Positions 1 to 9,063 of a DNA stretch of 51,502 nt are shown here, in pieces. The stretch is taken from assembly GCA_965371515.1 (NCBI GenBank), contig CBDUYR010000020.1, positions 1 through 51,502 on the forward strand. Reading direction: 5' to 3'. The DNA comes from an uncultured bacterium. Lineage in GTDB: Bacteria; Krumholzibacteriota; Krumholzibacteriia; Krumholzibacteriales; Krumholzibacteriaceae. The position numbers were made by a program, and so were the translations under genes. Within the stretch, counting starts at the first letter, position 1; the number at the start of each line of letters is the position of its first letter. The notes below the pieces were generated by a model that worked only from the letters and a program-made list of their open reading frames with translations, had not been told where the DNA came from and did no database searches.

Positions 1-736
1 AGTAGAGCGAATGATCGGTGATCCTGTCCCGGCTGAAATCGAGTGAACCCTCCCATTGGATAGTCTGGCCGTATCCGGCGAGGTTTCTCTCGTAGAGCTT
101 GACCCTGTGTCGATCCTGCGTTATCCAGCTGTATTTCGCGCCGATCGACCAGACATCCCTTGTAAGTACCTGGACGTCGATCGAATCGGTGCTTCCCTCG
201 ACCGGGATTATCCTGACGAGGGCGTCCTGGATAAAGGCGGTCTCCCTGAGGAGACGCTCCGAGTCGGACAGGGCGTAGGGATCTACGGGGTCGCCCTCCT
301 CGAAAAGGAGGAAGGCGGCGATCTTGTTCACCTTGGTGTCTATGTGAATCCGGTCTATCGCCCGGACAAGCCAGGGCCCGTCGGGATTCGCGGTTCCCAC
401 TTCTATGTCGCTGAGGATGTTGTACCTGAAGATCTCGATATGGCGGATGAATTTCCCGATGTACGGAAGATATGGATCCTCGCTCTTCAATGCTCCGGTC
501 CCCACACTCGCGGGATCGAGCCTCGTTGTGAAGATGAAATCCGAGAGGAGCCCGCCGAGGGCGTTTCTCTCCACCTGCGCCTGGAGGGAATCCATCTTTT
601 CTGTGCTTTTCGCGGATATCGTGTCGTGTACCTGGTCTGTGTAAGGGCCGACAGTGGCGGCAGGCGAGGCGCCTGCGGACGCTCCGAGAAGGATCGCCGC
701 TGCAGAGATCGACAGGATGCCCGCTGTTCGTTTCAT
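1..736 (-). CDS. Omp85/BamA-TamA-like outer membrane protein, N-terminal part (signal peptide + POTRA-like domain); runs off the window start
   Basis: Not in the ORF track; translated by hand from ATG at 736: MKRTAGILSISAAAILLGASAGA... then YIGKFIRHIEI, HIDTKVNKIAAFLLFEEGDPVDPYALSDSERLLRETAFIQDA, IDVQVLTRDVWS and LYERNLAGYGQ, which resemble a POTRA domain and the first barrel strands. Frame stays open to the edge. Confidence 0.75.
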   Translation of the reverse strand, partial: MKRTAGILSISAAAILLGASAGASPAATVGPYTDQVHDTISAKSTEKMDSLQAQVERNALGGLLSDFIFTTRLDPASVGTGALKSEDPYLPYIGKFIRHIEIFRYNILSDIEVGTANPDGPWLVRAIDRIHIDTKVNKIAAFLLFEEGDPVDPYALSDSERLLRETAFIQDALVRIIPVEGSTDSIDVQVLTRDVWSIGAKYSWITQDRHRVKLYERNLAGYGQTIQWEGSLDFSRDRITDHSLY

Positions 737-890
737 ATCAGTCCGGATTGTAACGGTCTGCCGGCAGTTGAAAAAGAGATTTTAAGGGATAGTGGCGGCT
801 TGTTACATCGCCCGGTTATGGCTGGAATACGCGTCGAGTATCCTGATATCATGATGATGAACTGCCGGCCTTCTACGAACGGAGCATGTA

Positions 891-1385
891 ATGGCAGCGA
901 AGAAGAAATACTGGACTACGATGAAGACCCCCGTCGGCGAGCTTTTCATTGCCGGCCGCGACGGGAAGTTGACCGATGTACTCTTCCGCAGGCCGCGGAA
1001 AGGATTTCCCGGTCCGATGTGGGAGAAATCCAGCAAACCGTTCGCCGAAGTAAAGAGACAGCTCGCCGAGTACTTCAGGGGAGAGAGAAAGACGTTCGAC
1101 CTCAACCTCGAGCCCGAGGGCACGTCGTTCCAGCTCGCCGCATGGCGCCAGTTGCGCAGGATACCATACGGGAAGACGATTTCGTACGGCGAACAGGCGA
1201 GCAGGATTGGTAATCCGAAGGCCGCCAGGGCCGTCGGGGCGGCGAACGGGGAGAATCCGATATCGATCATCGTCCCGTGTCACAGGGTGATAGGGGCCGA
1301 CGGGAGGCTGACGGGTTTCGGTGGAGGGCTCGGAAAGAAGAAGCTGCTGCTCGATCTGGAGGGTGCGACGGGCTTCAGGCTCTGA
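891..1385 (+). CDS. ogt: Methylated-DNA--protein-cysteine methyltransferase
   Basis: IPYGKTISYGE, ARAVGAANGENP and active-site PCHRV motif. Confidence 0.97.
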   Translation: MAAKKKYWTTMKTPVGELFIAGRDGKLTDVLFRRPRKGFPGPMWEKSSKPFAEVKRQLAEYFRGERKTFDLNLEPEGTSFQLAAWRQLRRIPYGKTISYGEQASRIGNPKAARAVGAANGENPISIIVPCHRVIGADGRLTGFGGGLGKKKLLLDLEGATGFRL

Positions 1386-1393
1386 CAGGGCTC

Positions 1394-1681
1394 TCAGTCT
1401 TCCAGGATTTCCAGGACGGCGATAGTCGCTCCCCAGCCGCCCGCATCCTCCCCTGCGAGACGGTACGATTCGACGAAGGGGAGGGAGGCGAGGAGGGCGT
1501 GAACGGTCTCCCGCATAGCTCCAGTACCTTTTCCGTGGATTATCCTGACTTCGAGGATTCCCTTCGCGCGGCACTCCTCGAGATAGTGCGTCACGAGCTC
1601 CTTCGCCTCCGACGGATCGAACGTGTGAAGGTCCAGGGCCCCGTCGATCGGCAGTTCCACCGGTCCGAATTCATCTTCCAT
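1394..1681 (-). CDS. Stand-alone Smr/MutS2-domain protein
   Basis: LDLHTF, IIHGKGTGAMR, GGWGAT motifs; ATG at 1681 preferred over the GTG at 1720. Confidence 0.92.
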   Translation of the reverse strand: MEDEFGPVELPIDGALDLHTFDPSEAKELVTHYLEECRAKGILEVRIIHGKGTGAMRETVHALLASLPFVESYRLAGEDAGGWGATIAVLEILED

Positions 1682-1709
1682 ACAGTAATATTCGGATAAT
1701 CGGGCCGCA

Positions 1710-1754
1710 AAATCAATCACCGTGATTGATTTCTGGTCGCCACGGTGCTACTTT
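1710..1754 (+). promoter_or_regulatory. Perfect 11-1-11 palindrome overlapping a sigma70-like promoter for the PPIase gene
   Basis: AAATCAATCAC-C-GTGATTGATTT (1710-1732); TTGATT (1726-1731)-17 nt-TACTTT (1749-1754) with extended TG. Confidence 0.55.
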
Positions 1755-1915
1755 ATATAAACTTGCCCGCCCCGCATCGAGAACGGCGGGGGCGGGTCCC
1801 GGGCGGTCACCGGGCAAAATCTCCTTAAAGGCTGTTGAGCTCTCGAGTCGAGCTGCCGGTCTTGATGCCAGACAGGGGCCGCTGTATTTATTCTATCGGA
1901 GGGAGGAACCATCCG

Positions 1916-2944
1916 ATGTTCAGAACGAAGATTGCGTTTATCCTGTTTTTTGTCATGGTGACTGCCATCGCCGGATGCGGGGAAGACGGGAAGAAAGAGA
2001 GCGGTGAAAGCATGGACACCCCCATGGCGGACAGTGCGGATTTCGTGGCAAAGGTAAACGGTGCCGTCATCGGAGAGAAGGAACTCTCCCAGGAACTCAT
2101 GATGCTCAAGCAGCAGATGGCAGGCAGGGTAAACCCGCAGCAGCTCGATTCGATGGAGCCGATGCTGAAGCAGCAGGCCGTTGCCAACCTCGTGAACAGG
2201 GCGCTTCTCACACAAGCCGCTGACAGTGAGAATATCACCGTGACGACCGAGCAGGTCGACGCGAAATTCGAAGAGATCAAGGCCAACTTCCCCGACGAGG
2301 AGACCTTCGTCACACAGCTGGACAGGAGCAACATGACCCCCGATGAGTTCCGCGTGGAAGTCGAGCGCGGGATCAAGCTCGAGGAGCTGGTCGGGCTCAA
2401 GACTGTCGGCGCCGATGCGCCTACGGAAGAAGAGGCCAGAGAATTCTACGATTCGAACAAGGAGAGATTCTCGACGCCCGAGAGGATTCGCGCCTCCCAT
2501 ATCCTGATAAAGGTCGAGGAGACAGACTCGGAGTTCGTGCGCGAACAGAAGAAGGCAAAGATCGATGAGCTCCACGCCAGGCTCGTCGCCGGCGAAAAAA
2601 TTGCACCGCTCGCCATGGAGAATTCGGACTGCCCGAGCAAGAGCAAGGGCGGGGACCTCGGTTTCTTTGGAAGGGGCCAGATGGTCAAGCCGTTCGATGA
2701 CGCTGCGTTCGCCCTCGAGCCGGGCGAGATCAGCCCCGTTGTCGAGACGATGTTCGGCTATCACGTCATCGAGGTCACCGAAAAGGAAGAGTCGAATGTC
2801 ACATCTTTCGAGGACTCGAAAGAAAGCATCATCGATTATCTCGCCGAGATGAAGAAGCAGGACGTGATGAACAGTTACATAACCTCGTTGCGGGATAAAG
2901 CCGAAATCGAGTATGCCGATTCGGCCCTCGCTCCGAGTATGTAA
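1916..2944 (+). CDS. PrsA/SurA-like parvulin peptidyl-prolyl isomerase, lipoprotein
   Basis: GGAGG RBS before ATG 1916; lipobox IAGC; SurA_N-like VAKVNG; parvulin motifs RASHILIK, SDCPSKSKGGDLGFF, FGYHVI. Confidence 0.93.
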   Translation: MFRTKIAFILFFVMVTAIAGCGEDGKKESGESMDTPMADSADFVAKVNGAVIGEKELSQELMMLKQQMAGRVNPQQLDSMEPMLKQQAVANLVNRALLTQAADSENITVTTEQVDAKFEEIKANFPDEETFVTQLDRSNMTPDEFRVEVERGIKLEELVGLKTVGADAPTEEEAREFYDSNKERFSTPERIRASHILIKVEETDSEFVREQKKAKIDELHARLVAGEKIAPLAMENSDCPSKSKGGDLGFFGRGQMVKPFDDAAFALEPGEISPVVETMFGYHVIEVTEKEESNVTSFEDSKESIIDYLAEMKKQDVMNSYITSLRDKAEIEYADSALAPSM

Positions 2945-2990
2945 GCCGGCCCGCACGGCGGGACCGCGGAGATTACATTATTTTCAATGA

Positions 2991-3040
2991 ACGAGCCGGT
3001 GTTCCGGAGACGATCCGGGGCCCGGCTCGTCTTTTTTTTT
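2991..3040 (+). terminator. Intrinsic terminator between the converging PPIase gene and glgP
   Basis: ACGAGCCGG...CCGGCTCGT stem followed by a T9 tract. Confidence 0.85.
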
Positions 3041-3052
3041 ATGGACGGGGCG

Positions 3053-5581
3053 TCAATCTTCCCGGTCGATGAAGGCGGGATCGGCCGACTTGATGTTCAT
3101 CTTCTCGGCGGGGATGACGAGACGGTCGGCGTGCCAGATCTCCTTGTTGTACTCGAGGATCGTCCTGTCGGATGAGAACCTTCCCGAGCGGGCCACGTTG
3201 AGAAGGGATTTCCTGTTCCACAGATCACGGTCTAAGTATTCCCTGCAGACCCTTTCCTGCGCATGCCGGTAAGAATCGAAATCGGCAAGCACGAGGAATC
3301 TGTCGTTTCCGAGGATAGCGTCGACGAGCGGCCGGAACAGGTCCTTCTGTTGCGGTGAGAAGAAGCCGCTGCGAAGCAGCTCGATCGTTTTCTTAAGGAT
3401 CGGGTCGGCAGCGAGATACTGGTGGGCGTTGTATTCGACGGCGGTCTGTCTCGCTTCCGAAGCGCTCAGGCCGAAGATGTAGATGTTTTCCTCGCCGACC
3501 TCTTCCATGATCTCGATGTTTGCACCGTCGAGCGTCCCGACGGTCAGGGCGCCGTTGAGGGCTAGTTTCATGTTTCCCGTACCAGACGCTTCGTAACCTG
3601 CCGTCGAGATCTGCTCAGAGACGTTGGCCGCCGGTATGATCGCCTCAGCGAGCGTTACCCCGTAGTTCGGAAGGAAGATGACCTTGAGAGTGTCGCCCGT
3701 CTCACTGTCGTCGTTGATCATAGCGGCCACGTGGTTGACCAGACTGATGACAAGCTTCGATATGAAGTAGTCGGGCGCGGCCTTGCCTGCGAATATATAA
3801 GTCCGCGGGCAGGGCTTGTAATCGGGGTCTTCCTTGAGCCTCAGCCAGGAGTACATCACGTGGAGGATGTTCAGAATCTGCCGCTTGTACTCGTGGAAAC
3901 GCTTGATCTGAACGTCGTAGATCGACGAGGGGTCGATAGTGAAATCAGTGAGTCTGCCGGTCAGTTCGGCCAGCAGTTCCTTGTTCGCCATCTTTACCCC
4001 GTTGTATCTCTCCATGAATTCCCCATCGCCGGAGAATTCCTCGAGGCGGCGCAGCTGCTCGAGATCTGTAACCCAGGTGCTTCCGATCTTCTCGGTGATA
4101 AGCGACGCGAGCCCTGGATTGGCCGCGAGGAGCCATCGTCTCGGTGTGATCCCGTTCGTCTTGTTGTTGATCTTTCCAGGGAAGATCTCGTTAAAGTCCT
4201 TGAGGATGAATTTCTTCAGCAGCCTCGTGTGAAGGGCTGCCACGCCGTTGGTGGAATGAGAACCGACCATGGCGAGATGGGCCATCCTTACCTTCGCGCC
4301 GGGATCGCCCGTCACTATCGAGACACGCGCGAGCCTGTCCGTATCGCCCGGATACCTCAGTGAAACCCTCTTGCGGAACATCACATCTATTCTACGTATG
4401 ATCTGCAGGTGCCTCGGGAGCAGCTTTTCGAACATCGACACGGGCCACTCCTCGAGTGCCTCGGGAAGGAGGGTGTGATTCGTGTAGGCGCACGTTTTCT
4501 GAGTAATTTCCCATGCCTTGTCCCACTTGACGTTGTGATCGTCGATCAGCAGCCTCATCAGCTCGGGGATCGCAAGCGAGGGATGTGTGTCGTTGAGCTG
4601 GATCGCTGCCTTGTCGGGAAACTCGTCGAATTTTCTGTGATCGATCAGGTACCTTCTTATGATGTCCTGTATCGAGCAGGAGACGAAGAAGTACTGCTGC
4701 ATCAGGCGCAGCTCGCGTCCCTCGAAGGTACTGTCGTTGGGGTATAGTACCTTGGAGATGTTCTCCGAGAGGTTCTTCTGCTCGACCGCCTTGAGGTAGT
4801 CGCCGTTCTGGAAGAAATCGAGATTGAACTCCCGTGTAGCGTGTGCCGACCAGAGCCTGAGGGTGTTGACCGTGATATTGCCGTACCCGGCGATCGGAGT
4901 GTCGTAGGCGACACCGATGATGTCCTTCGTATCGGCCCATTCGCGTATCGTCGTCCCGCCGGGTCCCCATTCTTCGATGACCTTTCCGTAGAACTTGACG
5001 ATGAACGAATACTCAGGCCTTTCTATCTCCCAGGGATTGCCGTACTTGAGCCATTCGTCGGGGCATTCGTGCTGGGCGAGGTCCCTTATCTCCTGCTCGA
5101 AGATACCGTATTCGTAGCGGATACCGTACCCGACGGCCGGGATCATGAGTGTCGCCATCGAGTCGAGAAAGCAGGCCGCCAGGCGTCCGAGACCGCCGTT
5201 CCCAAGCCCCGCGTCGGGTTCCTGGTCGATTATCCGTTCGAGGTCGAGCTCGATCTTCCCCATTGCCGCGAGGGTCTGGTCGTAAATGTCGAGATTGATC
5301 AGGTTGTTAACGAGCGCCCTGCCCATGAGGTATTCGGCGGAGAGGTAGTAGACGCGCTTTACGTCCTTCTGGTGATAGATCTGCTGCGTCTTGATCCACT
5401 GTTCGACTAGTCTGTCACGGGCGGTCAGCGCCAGCGAGAAATAGAGGTCTTTCAGAGTCGCCGTGTACTGGTCCTTCGAGCGGGAATATTCGATGTGATT
5501 GGCGAAATCATTGAGGATGCCGGCAGCGTCGTACGATTTGTGGAAGATCCCCCACTTCTTGAACATTTCACTCCTGCTCAT
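3053..5581 (-). CDS. glgP: Glycogen/maltodextrin phosphorylase
   Basis: GLGNGGLGRLAACFLDS, QLNDTHP, KRFHEYKRQ, PLP-lysine motif EASGTGNMK. Confidence 0.97.
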   Translation of the reverse strand: MSRSEMFKKWGIFHKSYDAAGILNDFANHIEYSRSKDQYTATLKDLYFSLALTARDRLVEQWIKTQQIYHQKDVKRVYYLSAEYLMGRALVNNLINLDIYDQTLAAMGKIELDLERIIDQEPDAGLGNGGLGRLAACFLDSMATLMIPAVGYGIRYEYGIFEQEIRDLAQHECPDEWLKYGNPWEIERPEYSFIVKFYGKVIEEWGPGGTTIREWADTKDIIGVAYDTPIAGYGNITVNTLRLWSAHATREFNLDFFQNGDYLKAVEQKNLSENISKVLYPNDSTFEGRELRLMQQYFFVSCSIQDIIRRYLIDHRKFDEFPDKAAIQLNDTHPSLAIPELMRLLIDDHNVKWDKAWEITQKTCAYTNHTLLPEALEEWPVSMFEKLLPRHLQIIRRIDVMFRKRVSLRYPGDTDRLARVSIVTGDPGAKVRMAHLAMVGSHSTNGVAALHTRLLKKFILKDFNEIFPGKINNKTNGITPRRWLLAANPGLASLITEKIGSTWVTDLEQLRRLEEFSGDGEFMERYNGVKMANKELLAELTGRLTDFTIDPSSIYDVQIKRFHEYKRQILNILHVMYSWLRLKEDPDYKPCPRTYIFAGKAAPDYFISKLVISLVNHVAAMINDDSETGDTLKVIFLPNYGVTLAEAIIPAANVSEQISTAGYEASGTGNMKLALNGALTVGTLDGANIEIMEEVGEENIYIFGLSASEARQTAVEYNAHQYLAADPILKKTIELLRSGFFSPQQKDLFRPLVDAILGNDRFLVLADFDSYRHAQERVCREYLDRDLWNRKSLLNVARSGRFSSDRTILEYNKEIWHADRLVIPAEKMNIKSADPAFIDRED

Positions 5582-5622
5582 CGGTATTATAATCCTCCGT
5601 TATTACTGGTTATTTGTTCTGC

Positions 5623-6255
5623 CTAGCACCGCGCCGCGGCCGCTGCCCGCAGCGACTTGTCAAAAGCCCGCGAAGGGTTGAAGGTCTGAAGCTTGAACGG
5701 CGACCCGTCCGGTATCATCTCCGCCACTCCGTCCATGTCGCTGTCGGAGAGAAGGGAGGACACCAGTGTCGTCCTGAATTCGTGCTCTATCCCGCAACAG
5801 GAGAGCAGATCGATTGACCTGGTGATCTCGCCGATGGGAGCAGGTACGCCGGCCAGTCTGTCGTACGACCAGGGAGGCGCCTTCACGTCCATCGAAACGT
5901 AATCGATGAGACCTTCGGATATCAGGCGCTCGAGCACTTCCGGCCTGCTGCCGTTCGTGTCGATCTTGATCCTGTACCCGATCTCCCGTACCTTGCGCAG
6001 AAAATCGGCAAGGTCCTTCTGCATGGTGGGCTCGCCGCCGGTGACGACCAGGCCGTCGAGCCTTCCCGAACGTGAACTGAGGTAGGATAGCACATATTCC
6101 TCGGGAATGAGAAGGCCATCCTGCGGAGTCTCTGGAATGAGGCTGCCGTTGTGGCAGAAGGGGCACCGGAAGTTGCAGCCCTGCGTGAAGACGATCGCCG
6201 CCACGCGGCCGGGAAAATCACTGAGACTGAATTTCTGGAATCCGCCGATCCTCAT
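5623..6255 (-). CDS. nrdG: Anaerobic ribonucleotide reductase activase (radical SAM)
   Basis: MRIGGFQKFSLSDFPG...GCNFRCPFCHN, TGGEPT; ATG overlaps the nrdD stop (TGATG). Confidence 0.95.
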   Translation of the reverse strand: MRIGGFQKFSLSDFPGRVAAIVFTQGCNFRCPFCHNGSLIPETPQDGLLIPEEYVLSYLSSRSGRLDGLVVTGGEPTMQKDLADFLRKVREIGYRIKIDTNGSRPEVLERLISEGLIDYVSMDVKAPPWSYDRLAGVPAPIGEITRSIDLLSCCGIEHEFRTTLVSSLLSDSDMDGVAEMIPDGSPFKLQTFNPSRAFDKSLRAAAAARC

Positions 6256-8399
6256 CAGATCGAATACCTCTTCCTGATCTCGAACTCGGCCTGCTTGCCC
6301 GCGTTCCACTGGTCCACCGGCCTGAGGTAGCCGACAACGCGCGAGTAGACCTCGGTCTCCCGCCTGCAGTCGGGACAGCGTTTGACTTCACCACGGATGT
6401 ACCCGTGCTCCGGGCAGACGGAGAAGGACGGCGAGATGGTGAAATAGGGGAGCTTGTAGTCGTTGCACACCTTGCGGACGAAGTTCTTTATCGCGGCGGG
6501 ATCGGCCACGGCCTCGCCGAGGAAGACGTGAAGGACAGTGCCGCCTGTGTACTTCGCCTGGATATCATCCTGGAGGTCGAGCATCTCGAACACGTCGTCG
6601 GTGAAATCGACGGGGAGCTGGCTCGAGTTGGTGTAGAACGGCTCGCCGCCCCTGGCTGTCTGATCGTCGTTCGCGCACCTGATGTCCGGGAACTTCTTGC
6701 GGTCGATCCTCGCGAGGCGGTAGGCCGTACCCTCGGCCGGGGTCGCCTCAAGGTTGTAGTAGTTACTCGTCTCCTCCTGGAACACCTTGAGCTTTTCTCT
6801 CATGAAGTCCAGAGTCCTGCCTGCGAACTCCGCGCCCTTCGGATCACCGATCGTCACGCCGTGGAAGTTGAGGCACGCCTCGTTGAGGCCGACGAGCCCG
6901 ATCGTCGAAAAGTGGTTGAACCAGTAACAGTCGTGTCTCTCGTGCATATTGCGCAGGTAGTATTTCGTGTAGGGATAGAGGTTCTTCTCCGTGAATCCCT
7001 CGAGGACCTTGCGTTTTGTCTCCAGGCTCGTCCGCGCGATCTCCATGAGGTGGCCGAGGCGGCCGAAGAACTCATCTTCTGTTTCTGAAAGATATCCGAT
7101 GCGGGGCATGTTGATCGTCACCACGCCGATCGAGCCGGTGAGCGGATTGGCGCCGAACAGTCCGCCGCCCTTTTTCTCGAGCGACCTCAGATCGAGCCTC
7201 AGCCTGCAGCACATCGACCGGGCGTCGTCGGGGGAGAGGTCGGCATTGACGAAGTTGGCGAAGTAGGGGATCCCGTATTTCGCGGTCACTTCCCAGAGGC
7301 GTTCGAGGCCGGGAGCGTCCCAGTCGAAATCGGACGATATGTTGTATGTCGGGATGGGGAAGGTGAACACCCTGCCTCGGGCGTCTCCCTCGGCGAGCAC
7401 CTCGAGAAATGCCCTGTTGAGCATCACCATCTCCTCGCCGAACTCCCCGTAAGTCTCCTCCATCGGTTTTCCGCCGATTATGACAGGCTCGCTCGCGAGG
7501 GTCGAAGGCGGCTGGAGATCGAGGGTGAGATTGGTGAACGGCGTCTGGAAACCGACCCTCGTGGGGACGTTCACGTTGAAGACGAACGCCTGCAGGGCCT
7601 GCTTGACTTCCCTGTACGAGAGGCCGTCGTAGCGGATGAACGGGGCGAGCAGCGTATCGAAGTTCGAGAATGCCTGAGCGCCGGCCGCCTCTCCCTGCAG
7701 CGTATAGAAGAAGTTGACGATCTGTCCGAGCGCGGTACTGAAATGTTTCGCAGGCTTGCTCTCCGCCTTGCCCGCCGCTCCGCGGAAACCGCTTCGCAGG
7801 ACGTCGTGAAGGTCCCACCCTACGCAGTAGACCGACAACAGTCCAAGGTCGTGTATGTGTAGCGCGCCCGAGGAGTGTGCCTCGCGGACTTCGGCCGTGT
7901 AGATCTTGTTGAGCCAGTACGTCTTGCTCACTTCGCTGGAGATGTAGTTATTCAGGCCCTGGAGGGAGTAGGCCATGTTGCTGTTCTCGCGGACCTTCCA
8001 GTCGAGCTTCTCGAGGTAGTTGTCGATCAGGTCGACGTCGGCCTTTTTGATCATCTCCCTGATCCTCGCGTGCTGGTCGCGGTAGAGGATGTACGCCTTC
8101 GCGGTTTTCTTGAAGGGGGAGGTCAGCAGCACGTCTTCGACGATGTCCTGGATTTCCTCGACGGTCGGTACGTCGCTCTGGGCCATCACCTGGGTGAGGC
8201 CGAGCACGCGGATGGCCAGCTTGCGCGCGATGTCTTCGGATAGTTCTCCGGTGGCGCGGCCCGCCTTGAGGATTGCCTTCGTGATCTTGTCCGCGTCGAA
8301 GTCGACAAAACGCCCGTCTCTCTTGCGGATCGATGTGAATGTCGCGGGAGGCCCCTGGCGGACGGTTTCCTTTTTACCCCTGGTAGAGGTGGACTGCAT
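6255..8399 (-). CDS. nrdD: Class III ribonucleoside-triphosphate reductase with N-terminal ATP cone
   Basis: ATP cone (IRKRDGR..FDADKI), HIHDL, SMCCRL, EATPAEG, YTGGT, Zn site CPEH..CPDC, glycyl loop YSRVVGYLRP; AAAGGA RBS before ATG 8399 (alternative start 8405). Confidence 0.96.
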   Translation of the reverse strand: MQSTSTRGKKETVRQGPPATFTSIRKRDGRFVDFDADKITKAILKAGRATGELSEDIARKLAIRVLGLTQVMAQSDVPTVEEIQDIVEDVLLTSPFKKTAKAYILYRDQHARIREMIKKADVDLIDNYLEKLDWKVRENSNMAYSLQGLNNYISSEVSKTYWLNKIYTAEVREAHSSGALHIHDLGLLSVYCVGWDLHDVLRSGFRGAAGKAESKPAKHFSTALGQIVNFFYTLQGEAAGAQAFSNFDTLLAPFIRYDGLSYREVKQALQAFVFNVNVPTRVGFQTPFTNLTLDLQPPSTLASEPVIIGGKPMEETYGEFGEEMVMLNRAFLEVLAEGDARGRVFTFPIPTYNISSDFDWDAPGLERLWEVTAKYGIPYFANFVNADLSPDDARSMCCRLRLDLRSLEKKGGGLFGANPLTGSIGVVTINMPRIGYLSETEDEFFGRLGHLMEIARTSLETKRKVLEGFTEKNLYPYTKYYLRNMHERHDCYWFNHFSTIGLVGLNEACLNFHGVTIGDPKGAEFAGRTLDFMREKLKVFQEETSNYYNLEATPAEGTAYRLARIDRKKFPDIRCANDDQTARGGEPFYTNSSQLPVDFTDDVFEMLDLQDDIQAKYTGGTVLHVFLGEAVADPAAIKNFVRKVCNDYKLPYFTISPSFSVCPEHGYIRGEVKRCPDCRRETEVYSRVVGYLRPVDQWNAGKQAEFEIRKRYSI

Positions 8400-8677
8400 T
8401 AGCATCCTTTCGTCCCGCGCAGGCAATGGGCTGATCCCTCCGCAGGCGTTCCTGGCGTCTGATATCTGTCGAATGGCCTTGGCTCGCACGGACGTTTCCG
8501 GGGCACCATGCCCTCCTGGTCCCGGTTGCGTCCCTCGATATGAGAGAAAAAGTTTGCCTGGCGGCAGAGCGGGCTTCGAGTCGTCCACTGAAGTATATGT
8601 GCCATATCTTCTGCCTGTCAGGCCGGCCCCTCCCTCGAAGGCTTCGGCCCATATATCCGCGAGTGTACTCGCGGGCC

Positions 8678-8858
8678 GCCGGCAGGTCTTCGGACTCGCA
8701 GGCTGGTATCGGTACCGGCCTACCGGCCGCGGCTTCCCGGCTCCCTGGCGGGGGCCAGTGCCAATGTGCGGCTTTCGTTCCTGCTCACCGCTGCGGGGCA
8801 GTTCCGGAATCTCACCGGATTCCCTTCGACTCCCATATATGGAGTACTTTCCGTCGGC
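8678..8858 (-). ncRNA. Cobalamin (AdoCbl-type) riboswitch in the nrdD leader
   Basis: Minus strand reads AAGGGAATCCGGTGAGATTCCGGAACTGCCCCGCAGCGGTGA...CACTGG...GGGAAG...GAGTCCGAAGACCTGCC; P1 is GCCGACGG/CTGCCGGC. Confidence 0.95.
8830..8845. promoter_or_regulatory. NrdR box 2 (inside the riboswitch P2 hairpin)
   Basis: CTCCCATATATGGAGT matches the core of acaCwAtATaTwGtgt; 32 bp from box 1. Confidence 0.65.
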
Positions 8859-8861
8859 AAG

Positions 8862-8877
8862 ACACAATATATAGTGG
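8862..8877. promoter_or_regulatory. NrdR box 1
   Basis: ACACAATATATAGTGG, 15/16 match to the NrdR consensus, upstream of an RNR gene. Confidence 0.88.
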
Positions 8878-8895
8878 GCGCTGAAGGCGAGTCAA
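8866..8895 (-). promoter_or_regulatory. sigma70-type promoter of nrdDG
   Basis: TTGACT (8895-8890)-18 nt-TATATT (8871-8866); predicted +1 falls at the riboswitch 5' end. Confidence 0.7.
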
Positions 8896-9063
8896 CGAAA
8901 AACAGACAACAGTCCGAAAGATGTCCTGTAATGCAGGTCCACGGGGAAATCGATTGATGGTGGACATCCACCGAAATATATGATATAAAATAAGTAGGGG
9001 AATTAAGCGGGCTGACTGGTCCAGGGACAATTCAGACTTTCCGGATATCTGGGAGGTATCAGC

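Noticed and set aside
56..1213. 385-aa plus-strand ORF
   Set aside because: Shadow of the minus-strand Omp85-like gene and out of frame with ogt; no motifs
1712..1730. ATCAA/TTGAT half-sites as an FNR box
   Set aside because: Half-sites are everted with 9-nt spacing rather than TTGAT-N4-ATCAA
1760..1915. GC-rich hairpins and GGCAAA in the PPIase leader as a possible c-di-GMP-I riboswitch
   Set aside because: No GNRA-capped P2 or second GCAAA element in the right order
8400..8867. 156-codon N-terminal extension of the nrdD ORF
   Set aside because: Runs through the riboswitch and promoter; the RBS and ATP cone place the start at 8399/8405
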